NCBI GenBank assembly: GCA_963745035.1
Contig: CAVUVW010000013.1
Span: 928,001 to 992,000 of the forward strand
DNA: 64,000 bases
Direction: 5' to 3'
Origin: an uncultured delta proteobacterium
GTDB taxonomy: Bacteria > Desulfobacterota > Binatia > UBA9968
The notes under the pieces were generated by a model that was given only the letters and a program-made list of their open reading frames with translations, was not told the DNA's origin and searched no databases. Of the stretch, positions 30,697 through 40,770 are shown piece by piece (the stretch's first letter is position 1; every line of letters begins with the position of its first letter). The position numbers were made by a program, and so were the translations under genes.

Positions 30697-31644
30697 TCAG
30701 GCGCGCTTTTTCGAGCTTTGTTTTCTTGTGGGCGGCGCCAAAAACACGAGCGCGCCGGGATCGACTTTAATCGTGATCGCATGCGATTTGACCGGCAAGG
30801 GCTTGTGCGCGTCGGGCCAGCGCATATCGTCGATGTGAACCGGAGAGCCCTTCCACTCGATCTGGAGATGGCGGCCTTGGCGGCGGCGTGACTTCAGCGC
30901 CGCAGCGGCACCGCCCATCCGCTCCTTCAGGTATTTGTTGAGATCGGCTCGTTTGCCGTAGGGAACCGCAACAATATCCAAAAACCCGTCTTGCGTATCC
31001 GCCTCCGGAGCCAAATTGAGATTCGGTCCGATGAATCTCACGTTCAACGCTTCCAGAAGAACGTATTGGCCTGAAAGATCCTCGCCGTCCAGACGGACCG
31101 TCACCGGACTGGATTTGAATTTGCGGAGCCGCCCTCTGAGCATATCGAGGACCGCGTTCAGCTCTTCCTCGGGATCGTTCGCGTGGGCTAGCTCTTTTCC
31201 ATTCGAAGCTTCGAGCTGAAACATGGTCTCGGCGAATAGTCCGAGTCCAAAGCCTTCGATAAAGTGCGTCGATCCCCACGGGCCTTTCGCCACCCCTGCG
31301 TCGAAATGCACGCTTCGCGCGGCTTTCCATGCCGAGACGAGGTTCTTCGGCTTGCGCTCCGCTATGCCCAGCGAGGAGGCGATATTATTCGCCGTGCCCA
31401 TCGGGATTATCGCGATCGGCGTCGGGCTGCCGATCAACCGCCTCGCCACTTTATTCACGGTCCCATCGCCTCCGGCAACGGCAACCACATCGCCGGGGTC
31501 TTTCAAAATTTTATGCCACTTTTTCTCTTTGGAGGATTGATATTCTACTTTGTGTCCCGCTGCTCGCAGGATCTCCACAAGTTCATCACGAGAGGGTTGC
31601 TTTCCTTTGCCTGCTGCCGGGTTATGAATCAGCGTTATCTTGAT
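30697..31644 (-). CDS. Diacylglycerol/lipid kinase family protein
   Basis: LIHNPAAG, AGGDGT, PMGTANNIA motifs; apparent ATC start. Confidence 0.88.
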   Translation of the reverse strand: MKITLIHNPAAGKGKQPSRDELVEILRAAGHKVEYQSSKEKKWHKILKDPGDVVAVAGGDGTVNKVARRLIGSPTPIAIIPMGTANNIASSLGIAERKPKNLVSAWKAARSVHFDAGVAKGPWGSTHFIEGFGLGLFAETMFQLEASNGKELAHANDPEEELNAVLDMLRGRLRKFKSSPVTVRLDGEDLSGQYVLLEALNVRFIGPNLNLAPEADTQDGFLDIVAVPYGKRADLNKYLKERMGGAAAALKSRRRQGRHLQIEWKGSPVHIDDMRWPDAHKPLPVKSHAITIKVDPGALVFLAPPTRKQSSKKRA

Positions 31645-31663
31645 GGGCGCGCTCCTTTATTTG

Positions 31664-33823
31664 TTAATCAGAATCGGCTGCGGCAAAAGCGTACGGGAAG
31701 TCATCGGTCGGACAATTGTGCCACGCCGACTTACCCACCCCGGAGGAGGAAGAGGATCGTTCCTCAGCCTGCAGCATTTCATAAAACCGTTCTTGGAATC
31801 GAAAGGCAGGACGATCGTCCCTGCCGACACGGATGTAACTGCCATCCGGTTGCAGCGACCACCCTTTCGCGTTTTCGGCGAGCTGCAGCTCCAAAATCTC
31901 TTTCAACTTCGACTGCAGCCGGGGTTCGATCACCGGAAAGGCAATTTCGATCCGCCGGTCAAAATTGCGCGGCATCCAGTCCGCCGACGCGAGCCAAAAG
32001 GGATGCGGATCGCCGTTTTGAAAATAGAAGATTCTTGCGTGCTCGAGGTAGCGATCGACGATCGAGATCACGCGAATGCGTTCGGAGAGGCCGGCGACAC
32101 CGGGCCGCAGGCTGCACATGCCACGGACGAGGAGGTCGACCCCCACACCCGCCTGGCTGGCTTCGTAAAGCTTGCCGATAACTGGACGGTCAATGAGACT
32201 GTTGACTTTGGCGATGATGTGCGCCGGACGGCCGGCAAGCGCGTGCTCGGTTTCGCGCTCGATCATGCGGATGAAATGCTCGCGCAATTTCATCGGCGCC
32301 ATCAGCACGTGACGGAACCGCTGCGGGCGCGTATAGCCGGTCAAAAGATTGAAGACCTCGGTGAGGTCCTCGCCGAATTCCGCTCGGGAAGTAAACAGCC
32401 CAAGATCGCTGTAGATCGCGCTGGTGCGGACGTTATAGTTGCCCGTCGACAAATGGCAGTAGCGCCGGATGCCGTCGGACTCCTGGCGCACGACCAGGCA
32501 GACTTTGCAGTGGGTCTTGTAGCCGATCAGCCCGTAGACCACATGCGCGCCGACTTCCTCCAGAGCGCGCGCCCAGGTGATGTTGGCCTCCTCATCGAAG
32601 CGCGCCTGGAGTTCGACCAGAACGGACACTTCCTTTCCCGCTTCGGCGGCCCGGGCGAGCGCCTGCGCGATCGGCGAATTGGAGCTGACCCGATAGAGCG
32701 TCATTTTGATCGCCAACACCTTCGGATCCTTGGCGGCCTCTTCGACGAAGTGAGTTACGGCGTCGAACGACTGGTAGGGATGAAAGATCATGACATCGCC
32801 GCTTCGTATGGCGTTCCATAAGTCATGACCTCGCTCAAAACAGGAAAAGGACAACGGCACCTGCGCGCGGTCCTTGAGCTTCGGGAGATTGATGCTTTGA
32901 TACAGTTGAAACAGATCGGTAAACGCGGTGAACCCTCTGCCGGGATACAAATCGGCGCCGCTCAATTCGAGCTCTTCAACCAGTTGGTTCAACAGCTCCC
33001 TGGGTAAATCGGGATCGTATTGCAGGCGCACGGCGTCGCCCATCCGGCGCTCGCGCACGCCCTGCTCGATGGTCATCAACAAGTCTTCATTGCGCCGCCG
33101 CACGACGCCGAACTCGGCATCGCGGGTAACCCGCACCGCGTGGGCGGAAAGAATATCGAAACCCTGGTAGAGGCGAGGCAGAAAGCGACGAAGCACGTGC
33201 TCCAGCAGAATAAACGCGTATTGGCCTTCCTTCGCGGGCAGTTGAATGAACCGCGGCACCACGTGACCGGGAAGATGCAAGATCGATACTTCGGAATGGG
33301 GCAAGGGAGAGGCGGTTTTTGCTCGCAGCGAAACCACCAGCGACAGCGACCGGTTGGCGAGATACGGAAACGGGTGACCCGGGTCCACGGCCAGCGGCGT
33401 GACGATCGGATAGAGCGTTCGTTGAAAAAATTCGTCGAGAAACTCATGCTGCGCGCCGGCCAACTCCTCAGGATGGACGAGATGAATATCCTGTGCCGTC
33501 AGGTGCGGCAGAACCTGATCCAGAAAGCAGGCGTGCTGTTCTTCGGTGAGGTCATGGACCTTTTGCGAAATCGCCGCCAATACCGCCGCCGGATCGTCGC
33601 CGTCGGAATCAGGCTCGATTGCTTCATTTTCGACCCGCCGCTTGAGGCCGGCCACGCGCACCATGAAAAATTCGTCGAGGTTGGAGCTGAAGATCGCCAG
33701 GAATTTTAGTCTTTCGAGCAGCGGAACACGCGCGTCCTTGGCCTCCTCCAATACTCGGCGATTGAACTCGAGCCAGGACAAGTCGCGATTGAGCAGCGGA
33801 ATGCCCGCGTCCTCCGAAGTCAT
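31664..33823 (-). CDS. ppk1: Polyphosphate kinase 1
   Basis: NRDLSWLEFN.RVL, NLDEFFMVRV, KTHCK, RYLEH.R, SADWMPRN. Confidence 0.97.
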   Translation of the reverse strand: MTSEDAGIPLLNRDLSWLEFNRRVLEEAKDARVPLLERLKFLAIFSSNLDEFFMVRVAGLKRRVENEAIEPDSDGDDPAAVLAAISQKVHDLTEEQHACFLDQVLPHLTAQDIHLVHPEELAGAQHEFLDEFFQRTLYPIVTPLAVDPGHPFPYLANRSLSLVVSLRAKTASPLPHSEVSILHLPGHVVPRFIQLPAKEGQYAFILLEHVLRRFLPRLYQGFDILSAHAVRVTRDAEFGVVRRRNEDLLMTIEQGVRERRMGDAVRLQYDPDLPRELLNQLVEELELSGADLYPGRGFTAFTDLFQLYQSINLPKLKDRAQVPLSFSCFERGHDLWNAIRSGDVMIFHPYQSFDAVTHFVEEAAKDPKVLAIKMTLYRVSSNSPIAQALARAAEAGKEVSVLVELQARFDEEANITWARALEEVGAHVVYGLIGYKTHCKVCLVVRQESDGIRRYCHLSTGNYNVRTSAIYSDLGLFTSRAEFGEDLTEVFNLLTGYTRPQRFRHVLMAPMKLREHFIRMIERETEHALAGRPAHIIAKVNSLIDRPVIGKLYEASQAGVGVDLLVRGMCSLRPGVAGLSERIRVISIVDRYLEHARIFYFQNGDPHPFWLASADWMPRNFDRRIEIAFPVIEPRLQSKLKEILELQLAENAKGWSLQPDGSYIRVGRDDRPAFRFQERFYEMLQAEERSSSSSGVGKSAWHNCPTDDFPYAFAAADSD

Positions 33824-33974
33824 CAAAATTGAGTTTAACGCATAAGCGCGACCGAACAATAGGTTTGCAGAAAATACCGTTCGGCGGCGCCGCGGCGCCG
33901 CACCGATTGCGTCTCTTTTCATTCGCCGCGCCTGGATATCGCCGCCTGAAAGATCGATATTGTAACGACGTTGT

Positions 33975-34712
33975 ATGATTTCCTCCCGCGGCACGCTTCG
34001 CGTTGGAACTTCCGGTTTCCACTACAATCACTGGCGGGGCATTTTTTATCCGCGCGATTTAGCCCAATCGGCATGGTTCGGCCATTACGCGCAGCGCTTC
34101 GATACCGTGGAGATCAACAATACGTTCTACCATCTGCCGTCCGCCTCGGCCTTCGACTCTTGGAAGCGACAAGCCCCGGCGGATTTCATTTACGCCCTCA
34201 AGTTCAATCGCTACGGCTCGCACTGGATGCGCCTCAAAAATCCCCGGGCGACCATCGGCAACTTCTTGAAAGCGGCGAGAAGGCTGGGCGGATTTCTTGG
34301 CCCGATTCTCGTGCAGCTGCCGCCGCATTGGAGCGTAAACGCCGCGCGATTGGATGACTTTCTCGCCGCCGCACCGCGCGCGCTTCGCTGGGCGGTTGAA
34401 TTCCGCAACCCGAGCTGGCTCTGCGACGAGGTTTACAACGTTCTTGAGCGCTATAAAGCCGCTCTCTGCATCCACGACATGATCAAGAATCATCCGCGCA
34501 TTCTGACGGCGGACTGGACCTATTTGCGCTACCACGGAGAGCGCTACTCCGGGAGCTATTCGCACCAGAAACTGGCGGCCAAGGCGGGATGGATTCGGCG
34601 GCAGCTCGCGACCGGCAAGGACGTGTTCGCCTACTTCAACAACGACGCTCAAGGATTCGCGGTGAGCAATGCGGCTGACCTAAGTCGATATGTTTTGAGA
34701 GGCAAAAGTTAA
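33975..34712 (+). CDS. DUF72 family protein
   Basis: VGTSG, FDTVEINNTFY, EFRN.SW, YFNND. Confidence 0.93.
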   Translation: MISSRGTLRVGTSGFHYNHWRGIFYPRDLAQSAWFGHYAQRFDTVEINNTFYHLPSASAFDSWKRQAPADFIYALKFNRYGSHWMRLKNPRATIGNFLKAARRLGGFLGPILVQLPPHWSVNAARLDDFLAAAPRALRWAVEFRNPSWLCDEVYNVLERYKAALCIHDMIKNHPRILTADWTYLRYHGERYSGSYSHQKLAAKAGWIRRQLATGKDVFAYFNNDAQGFAVSNAADLSRYVLRGKS

Positions 34713-34779
34713 ACGTTCGCGGCGGGGATCGGGAGCGCCGGCTGCAAGGAAAGTCTCTCTGCGAGCTCAGGAGACCTTG

Positions 34780-35040
34780 TTACTGCTCGTTGTCTTCCTT
34801 GGCCAGTCCCGCCAATTCCTTGAGCTCGAGCTTTCCCTCTTTGTCGCGCACCAGCATCTCGATCTTCTTTTCGACGTCGTTGAGTTTCTGATTGCAGAAG
34901 CGCACCAGTCCGACGCCATTCTCGAAGGCGGACAGCGAATCTTCCAAGCTCAACTCGCCGGATTCGAGCTGTTCGACGATCTGCTCCAACTCTTCGAGCG
35001 CCGCTTCGAACTTTTTGTCCGCGGGATCTTTTCGCGCCAT
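34780..35040 (-). CDS. xseB: Exodeoxyribonuclease VII small subunit
   Basis: FEAALEELEQIVEQLESGELSLEDSL..FE.G. Confidence 0.95.
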   Translation of the reverse strand: MARKDPADKKFEAALEELEQIVEQLESGELSLEDSLSAFENGVGLVRFCNQKLNDVEKKIEMLVRDKEGKLELKELAGLAKEDNEQ

Positions 35041-35041
35041 A

Positions 35042-35965
35042 CTATTTCTCCCCGTCGTTCGCCAAAGGCGCCGCTTGTGCAGCCGGCGGCCAATGGCCGG
35101 AAATCTTTTTGAGCAACTCGAGCGGATCGATTCTGGCGTTCGCCAGCCGCGCGCCCCAGTGCAGGTGAGCGCCGGTGACTCTCCCGGTCGCGCCCGATAG
35201 GCCCAGAACATCGCCCCTGCGCACCATCGTTCCCTCTCCGAACCGCAACTCGGAGAGGTGAAAATACATCGTAAACAGCCCGCCGCCGTGATCCAACACC
35301 ACGCTGCCGCCGGCAAAGAAGAAGTCTCCCGCCAGGGCCACGCGTCCGTGATTGGTCGCGGCCACTTCGGTCCCGGCCGGCGATGATAGATCCGTTCCGC
35401 TATGCGGCGCGCGCGGCTTGCCGTTGATGATCCGGCGCGAGCCGAACGACGAAGCCGACGCTTCGTGCGGCACGGGGCGGAGAAACGGCGCATCCCAGAA
35501 TCGCTCCGCCGCCGGCGTCGCAAAGACATGCGCGAAGGCCGCCTGCTCGCGGCGAATTTCTTCGAGGTTTTCCGGCGTCATCCGATCGAAGCCCGGCGGC
35601 ACGTTGAAAGATTCCTGGCGAAAGGATTTGGCTTTGATTTTGATCGGAACGTCGGCGTGAACCGCGGGGCCGGACTGGGTGCGCGCGCTCAAGCGGAGCT
35701 TTGACGAGGCCGGCTTTGCGTCCACGTCCGCGCCGACGATGGCGCTGAACGTCGCCGGGCCGACCGCGTAAAAAACAATTTTCTCCTTGCCGAGGGCGCC
35801 CTCGAGCGCCGCGATCCGCGCGTCCGATACGCGGACCTCGACCAACTCGCCTTGAAAAACTTCTATCGACTTGGGCCAGGCGATCGGATTGTCGCCCGCG
35901 CCGAAGGCAGGCTCGAACCGAAGCAACAACGCGAGCGCGCTCGCCAGCCACACTGAGGACCGCAT
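35042..35965 (-). CDS. M23 family metallopeptidase
   Basis: HSGTD, YFHLS, GATGRVTGAHLHW. Confidence 0.93.
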   Translation of the reverse strand: MRSSVWLASALALLLRFEPAFGAGDNPIAWPKSIEVFQGELVEVRVSDARIAALEGALGKEKIVFYAVGPATFSAIVGADVDAKPASSKLRLSARTQSGPAVHADVPIKIKAKSFRQESFNVPPGFDRMTPENLEEIRREQAAFAHVFATPAAERFWDAPFLRPVPHEASASSFGSRRIINGKPRAPHSGTDLSSPAGTEVAATNHGRVALAGDFFFAGGSVVLDHGGGLFTMYFHLSELRFGEGTMVRRGDVLGLSGATGRVTGAHLHWGARLANARIDPLELLKKISGHWPPAAQAAPLANDGEK

Positions 35966-35966
35966 C

Positions 35967-37229
35967 TCATTCCTTTTCTTCCACTCGGCAAAGCGCCTTT
36001 CCCAGCGCGAAACTGACGCGCAACAGATCGCCCGCGGCCAACGTCGCCGCGTCCTTGACGATGCGCTCTTCGGGCAGCTTATGGGCGATGCTGTAGCCGC
36101 GCTCCAGCACCGCCAGCGGGCTCAAGGCCGCCAGCCGCCCGCTCTGGCGCGCCAGATGATCGCGGCACTTGCGCACGCGCTCCTGAAAGCGGCGCAAGAG
36201 ACTGATAGAGAGCTCGTCCACGCGCTGCTGGTCCTCGCGCAGCCTACGGCCCGGATCGGCGAGGCGCTTGACCCATATCTGCAAATCTTCCCGTGCCGCG
36301 TCGAGCTTTGCTTCCACGCATCTTTGCAGTTGCAGCTCGATCGCCTCGACCCGTTCGAGGAGATCCGCGCGGCGCGGCACGATCATCTCGGCCGCCGCAG
36401 TCGGGGTGGGCGCGCGCTGGTCGGCGACAAAATCGGCGATGGTAAAATCGACTTCATGGCCGACCGCGGAAACCACCGGAATCCTGGACCCATGGATCGC
36501 CCGCGCGACGATTTCTTCGTTGAACGCCCAGAGATCTTCCAGCGATCCGCCGCCGCGCCCGGCGATGATCACGTCGACGCCGCCCAGGCGATTCAAATCC
36601 GCGATCCCCGCAGCGATCTCCCACGCGGCGCCGTCGCCCTGCACTTTCACCGCGCGCACGACGATCCGGCGCTGGGGAAAACGGTCGCCGAAGATTCGCA
36701 ACATATCGTGCAGCGCCGCACCGCGCTCGGAAGTCACGATGCCGATGGTCTGCGGCAAAAAAGGCAGCGGCCGCTTTCGCTCGCGCGCAAACAAACCCTC
36801 GGTCGCGAGCTTTTTCTTGAGCTGCTCGAAGGCGAGATAGAGCGCCCCCTGCCCTTGCGGCTCCATGTCTTCGACGTAGAGCTGCAAGTCGCCCCGCGCC
36901 GAGTACACCGACACTCGCCCATAGCACAAGAGCGCCATGCCGTTTTCCGGCACGAAGCGCAGGCGCATGCCTTGGCGACGAAACATGACTGCGCAGATTT
37001 GGCTACGGTCGTCTTTGAGAGTGAAATAGTAATGGCCCGACGGCGGCACGCGCAAGTTGGATACCTCGCCCTGCACCCATAAAGCCTCCAGGCGCGATTC
37101 CAGCGTGCCCTTGATGAGCTCGTTCAATTCGCTGATGGTCAGGAACTTGCGGCTCGCTGCCGCGCTGAACAGCGGCAGCTCAGAATCTTGTTCGACGGCT
37201 CGAGACACTTTGTCGCTCGTCTTTCGCAC
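35967..37229 (-). CDS. xseA: Exodeoxyribonuclease VII large subunit
   Basis: GEVSN, SGHYYFTLKD, RGGGSLEDLWAFN, GHEVD, TPTAAAE. Confidence 0.96.
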   Translation of the reverse strand: MRKTSDKVSRAVEQDSELPLFSAAASRKFLTISELNELIKGTLESRLEALWVQGEVSNLRVPPSGHYYFTLKDDRSQICAVMFRRQGMRLRFVPENGMALLCYGRVSVYSARGDLQLYVEDMEPQGQGALYLAFEQLKKKLATEGLFARERKRPLPFLPQTIGIVTSERGAALHDMLRIFGDRFPQRRIVVRAVKVQGDGAAWEIAAGIADLNRLGGVDVIIAGRGGGSLEDLWAFNEEIVARAIHGSRIPVVSAVGHEVDFTIADFVADQRAPTPTAAAEMIVPRRADLLERVEAIELQLQRCVEAKLDAAREDLQIWVKRLADPGRRLREDQQRVDELSISLLRRFQERVRKCRDHLARQSGRLAALSPLAVLERGYSIAHKLPEERIVKDAATLAAGDLLRVSFALGKALCRVEEKE

Positions 37230-37267
37230 AAAAAAATTAGCCCTCCACGGGGAGGGCTAATAAAAAA
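37229..37267 (-). terminator. Rho-independent terminator after ctpA
   Basis: attagccctcc-loop-ggagggctaat hairpin followed by a T-run on the minus strand. Confidence 0.75.
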
Positions 37268-37285
37268 TCTCCGCCGCGCTCGAAG

Positions 37286-38647
37286 CTAGGCGGCCTTTTT
37301 CTGCACCACCTGCTTGAAGACATCCCAGCTCTTCAACAAATCGAGGGCCCGTTTGAGCTGCGCGTCTTTGTCGATCGTGTCGTCGCCGGTCGGCGCCGAG
37401 GACGGGATCTGCTTTTCCCGCTCCTGGTCGGTTTGGTTTAATTGCGGCGCGGGTGTCTGCTGCGGATTATTCAAATGTCCCGGGAGATTTTCTTCGCGAA
37501 TCCCCGGCCGCCGCGCCGGCTGCTCGGGTTTACCGTCCGCGGGAGCATTGTCTAAGACAATATCGGGCACGATCCCCGTCGCTTGAATCGAGCGGCCGCC
37601 CGGCGTGAAATAGCGCGCCGTGGTCAAGCGCAGCGCCGAGCTGTCGTCCAACGGCAAGATCGTCTGCACCGAACCTTTGCCGAAGGTTTTGGTTCCGAGC
37701 ACGACCGCGCGTTTATGGTCCTGCAATGCGCCGGCGACGATCTCCGACGCGCTCGCGCTGCCGCCGTTCACCAGCACGACGATCGGGAATTCCATCCACG
37801 TGCCATCCTTTTGCGCGAAATATTTTTGCCGCTGCGCCTCGATGCGGCCTTCGGTATAGACGATCATCCCCGACTCCAGGAACAAATCCGAAATGCGGAC
37901 GGCCTGGGTCAACAGCCCGCCCGGATTGTTGCGTAGATCGAGCACCAGCCCGCGGATGCCGGTTTTCTCCGCGGCAAACTTTTCCAGCGCGCGCTGCAGA
38001 TCGCGATCGCTGCGCTCCTGAAACTGCGCCAGCCGGACATAGGCATAGCCGGGCTCGAGGCTACGGCTTCGTACGCTCTGCACGCGGATGATGTCGCGCA
38101 CCAGGGTGAATTCGACAAGGTCGGTGACGCCATCGCGCTTGATCGTCAGATTGATCTTGGTGCCTTTCAGGCCGCGCATTTTTTTCACCGCGTCGACCAG
38201 TGACATGTCCTTGGTAAACTCGTCTTCGATCTTGAAAATTTGATCGCCGGGCTTGATGCCCGCTTTGGCCGCAGGGGTGTCTTCGATCGGCGAGACCACG
38301 GTCAAGATTCCGCCCTTCACGGTGATCTCAATTCCCAGCCCGCCGAAGCGTCCCTGGGTGTCGCTCTGCAATTCCTTGTAAAGATCGGGAGTCAGATACG
38401 CGCTGTGCGGATCGAGGGAGTTGAGCATGCCGTTGATCGCGCCATTGACCAGGTTTTTGGTCTCGACGTCTTCGACGTAGTTCTTTCTGACGATCGACAA
38501 GATGTTGCTGAACGCCTCCAGGCTCTCGTAGTCCTGCCGGCCCACCGCCGCAACGTTCGGCACCCAATGGGCGGAGAGAAAAAGTCCCAAAGCCATACCG
38601 ACAAACAAAAGCAGAAACGGCGTTCCGTGTTTTCGCACCATGCGCAT
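37286..38647 (-). CDS. ctpA: S41 carboxyl-terminal processing protease
   Basis: LDPHS, PDZ domain, DLRNNPGG, SASASEI, TFGKGSVQ. Confidence 0.93.
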   Translation of the reverse strand: MRMVRKHGTPFLLLFVGMALGLFLSAHWVPNVAAVGRQDYESLEAFSNILSIVRKNYVEDVETKNLVNGAINGMLNSLDPHSAYLTPDLYKELQSDTQGRFGGLGIEITVKGGILTVVSPIEDTPAAKAGIKPGDQIFKIEDEFTKDMSLVDAVKKMRGLKGTKINLTIKRDGVTDLVEFTLVRDIIRVQSVRSRSLEPGYAYVRLAQFQERSDRDLQRALEKFAAEKTGIRGLVLDLRNNPGGLLTQAVRISDLFLESGMIVYTEGRIEAQRQKYFAQKDGTWMEFPIVVLVNGGSASASEIVAGALQDHKRAVVLGTKTFGKGSVQTILPLDDSSALRLTTARYFTPGGRSIQATGIVPDIVLDNAPADGKPEQPARRPGIREENLPGHLNNPQQTPAPQLNQTDQEREKQIPSSAPTGDDTIDKDAQLKRALDLLKSWDVFKQVVQKKAA

Positions 38648-38713
38648 TTGGCGTCTCCTCGATGGATTTTCAGGTTCGACTTGAGCGAGTCTATCCCAAC
38701 CAAAATAAAATAT

Positions 38714-39874
38714 CTAATGCTTTCCAAGCCACGGCACGGGGTCGAGGGAATGACCGTCCTTGCGCATCTCGAAATAGAGCTTCGCGGTCGTTGGCGAGTC
38801 GCCCTCACCGGCCCGGCCAAGGGCTTCCCCACGGCTGATCATATCTCCATTTTTCTTAATGATTTCAGAAAGATGGCCGTAAATTGTATAGTAACGCTCA
38901 CCATGATCAACGATCACCATTTTACCGTAGCCGGAGAACTGATCGGCGTACACCACCCGGCCTTTTTCCACCGCCTTGACCGCCTCGCCCGCAGCCGCCT
39001 CGATATCGATGCCCTTGCGCACGATCTCGGCGGCGAACTCGGGATGTTTGAACTTGCCGAACGGCGCGGTCACCTGACCGCGCACCGGCCACTGCAGGCG
39101 GCCGCGCAGCGCCGCCAAGCCGCTGCCCGGCGACGGCGCTGACGGCAAATCTCTGGGTTTGACCAAGGCTCGCCGCGCGATGTCGTCCAGCATTTTTTCC
39201 AGCCGCCTGGCGGCGGCCTCCATCTGCTGCAGGGCGCGCAGCCGGGTCTGTTTTTCCCGGCGCAAGCTGGTCAACAGCAACTGCTTTTTCTGCGCTTCGC
39301 GGCGCATCTCCTCGCGCGCCGTGCCGATCGCCTGCCTTTGCTCCGCCAGCTCTTCGTGTTTGTGCGCGAGCTCCTGGCGCAGCTCATGGTGCTCCTCGGT
39401 TTCCTGCTCGAGCTTGGCCAACAGCTCGCGGTCGAAGGAAAGCGCCGCGGTGAGATAGCGCTGCCGCCGCATCAAGCTGCTCAACGACCCGTCGCCGCTG
39501 AGAATCATGAGCGGGCTGCCGGCGCGCTGCCAGCGATACAAGGCCGCGGCGCGTTTTTCGAAGAGTGCGAGGCGCGCGGCGGTGGACTCGGCGAGCCGGT
39601 CCGCCTCGGCCTGCTTGGCCCGCAGCTCGCCGGCGATCGAAGACAGCTTGGCGTTGGCGCGCTGGATCTCCTGGTTGCGTTTTTCGAGCTCGCTTTGGAT
39701 CTTGCCGAGCGAATCGGCGGTCGAGCTCTCTTTGGCCCCCAATTGAGACAAGCCGCGCTTCTCGGTCTCGATTTTTTTCTTCATGCCCTCCAGCTCGCGG
39801 TCGGTCGCCGCCGCGCCCGCCAGCAGCGGGCCGGCGACAAAAACCAGCAGAATTACGCTCGCGCGGCGCGCCAT
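38714..39874 (-). CDS. envC: Murein hydrolase activator EnvC
   Basis: Coiled coil plus degenerate M23 domain (KGIDI, LYFEMR); downstream of ftsEX. Confidence 0.88.
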   Translation of the reverse strand: MARRASVILLVFVAGPLLAGAAATDRELEGMKKKIETEKRGLSQLGAKESSTADSLGKIQSELEKRNQEIQRANAKLSSIAGELRAKQAEADRLAESTAARLALFEKRAAALYRWQRAGSPLMILSGDGSLSSLMRRQRYLTAALSFDRELLAKLEQETEEHHELRQELAHKHEELAEQRQAIGTAREEMRREAQKKQLLLTSLRREKQTRLRALQQMEAAARRLEKMLDDIARRALVKPRDLPSAPSPGSGLAALRGRLQWPVRGQVTAPFGKFKHPEFAAEIVRKGIDIEAAAGEAVKAVEKGRVVYADQFSGYGKMVIVDHGERYYTIYGHLSEIIKKNGDMISRGEALGRAGEGDSPTTAKLYFEMRKDGHSLDPVPWLGKH

Positions 39875-40770
39875 GTTTTTATAAACCTCCTGAGCGCAAC
39901 CACACTGCCGGCCGCGCCGAGAAACAGGCCGATCGCCGCGAGCAGCAAAACGCCGCGCAGATCGAGAAACTGCGGCTCGCCAAGCGGCGCGAGCAAACCG
40001 CCGGCCGGAGCCGCTTCCCGCTGCACGAGAAAAAACGCCGCGGCCAATCCGACGAGGGCGAGCGCCGCGCCCACCAAGCCTTGGAGCATGCCTTCGATCA
40101 CGAACGGCGCCTGGATCAGCTCTTCGGAGGCGCCGACCAGTTGCATGATCTCGACTTCGTCCTTGCGCGCCAGAGCCGCCAGCTTGACCGTGCTGCCGAC
40201 GATAAAAAAAGTCGCCAGAAAGAGCGCTCCGGCCAAAAACCACTTGATCCATCCGACCGCGAGCACAACCAGTCCGAGCCGTTCCACCCATTCCAGCGGA
40301 TACTCGACGCTGGCGATTTCGCTTTCCCGCCTCAGGCGCTCGGCCAACGCTTCCACCGTCGGCGCATCGCGATCGGCGGGCTTGAGCGAAATCTCGATGG
40401 ACGCGGGGAGCGCTTCGCGGGGCAGGCCGTCGAGCAGTCCCGACTGCGCGCCGAGGGCCGCTTGAAAATCGCGCCAGGCCTGCTCGCGGCTGATGTGCCG
40501 CGCCTGTTCCACCTCGGCCATCGTGCGCACGCGTTGAAGCAGCGCCGCGACGTCGTCCGCGGCTGCGTCTTCGCTCAGATACGCGGTGATCTGAATCTGC
40601 TCGCCCCAACCCTTCAGCATTTTTTCCAGGTTGATCTCGACCAGCATAAACGCGCCCAAGACAAACAAGGTCAGCGCCATGATTCCGGCGGTCAGCACAT
40701 GAGCCCAGAAAAGCTGCCGAAGATTGTCGCGCACCCGGCGCAGCACAAAGCCGAGCAGGGAAAATTTCAC
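39853..40770 (-). CDS. ftsX: Cell division permease FtsX
   Basis: 4 TM; EVEIMQLVGA...I.APF..EG. Confidence 0.92.
   Translation of the reverse strand: MKFSLLGFVLRRVRDNLRQLFWAHVLTAGIMALTLFVLGAFMLVEINLEKMLKGWGEQIQITAYLSEDAAADDVAALLQRVRTMAEVEQARHISREQAWRDFQAALGAQSGLLDGLPREALPASIEISLKPADRDAPTVEALAERLRRESEIASVEYPLEWVERLGLVVLAVGWIKWFLAGALFLATFFIVGSTVKLAALARKDEVEIMQLVGASEELIQAPFVIEGMLQGLVGAALALVGLAAAFFLVQREAAPAGGLLAPLGEPQFLDLRGVLLLAAIGLFLGAAGSVVALRRFIKTWRAARA

Noticed and set aside
38714-40609. 631-aa EnvC (also 468-aa SirB1 and 249-aa XseB ORFs)
   Set aside because: The N-terminal extensions overlap upstream genes in another frame; the true starts are downstream.
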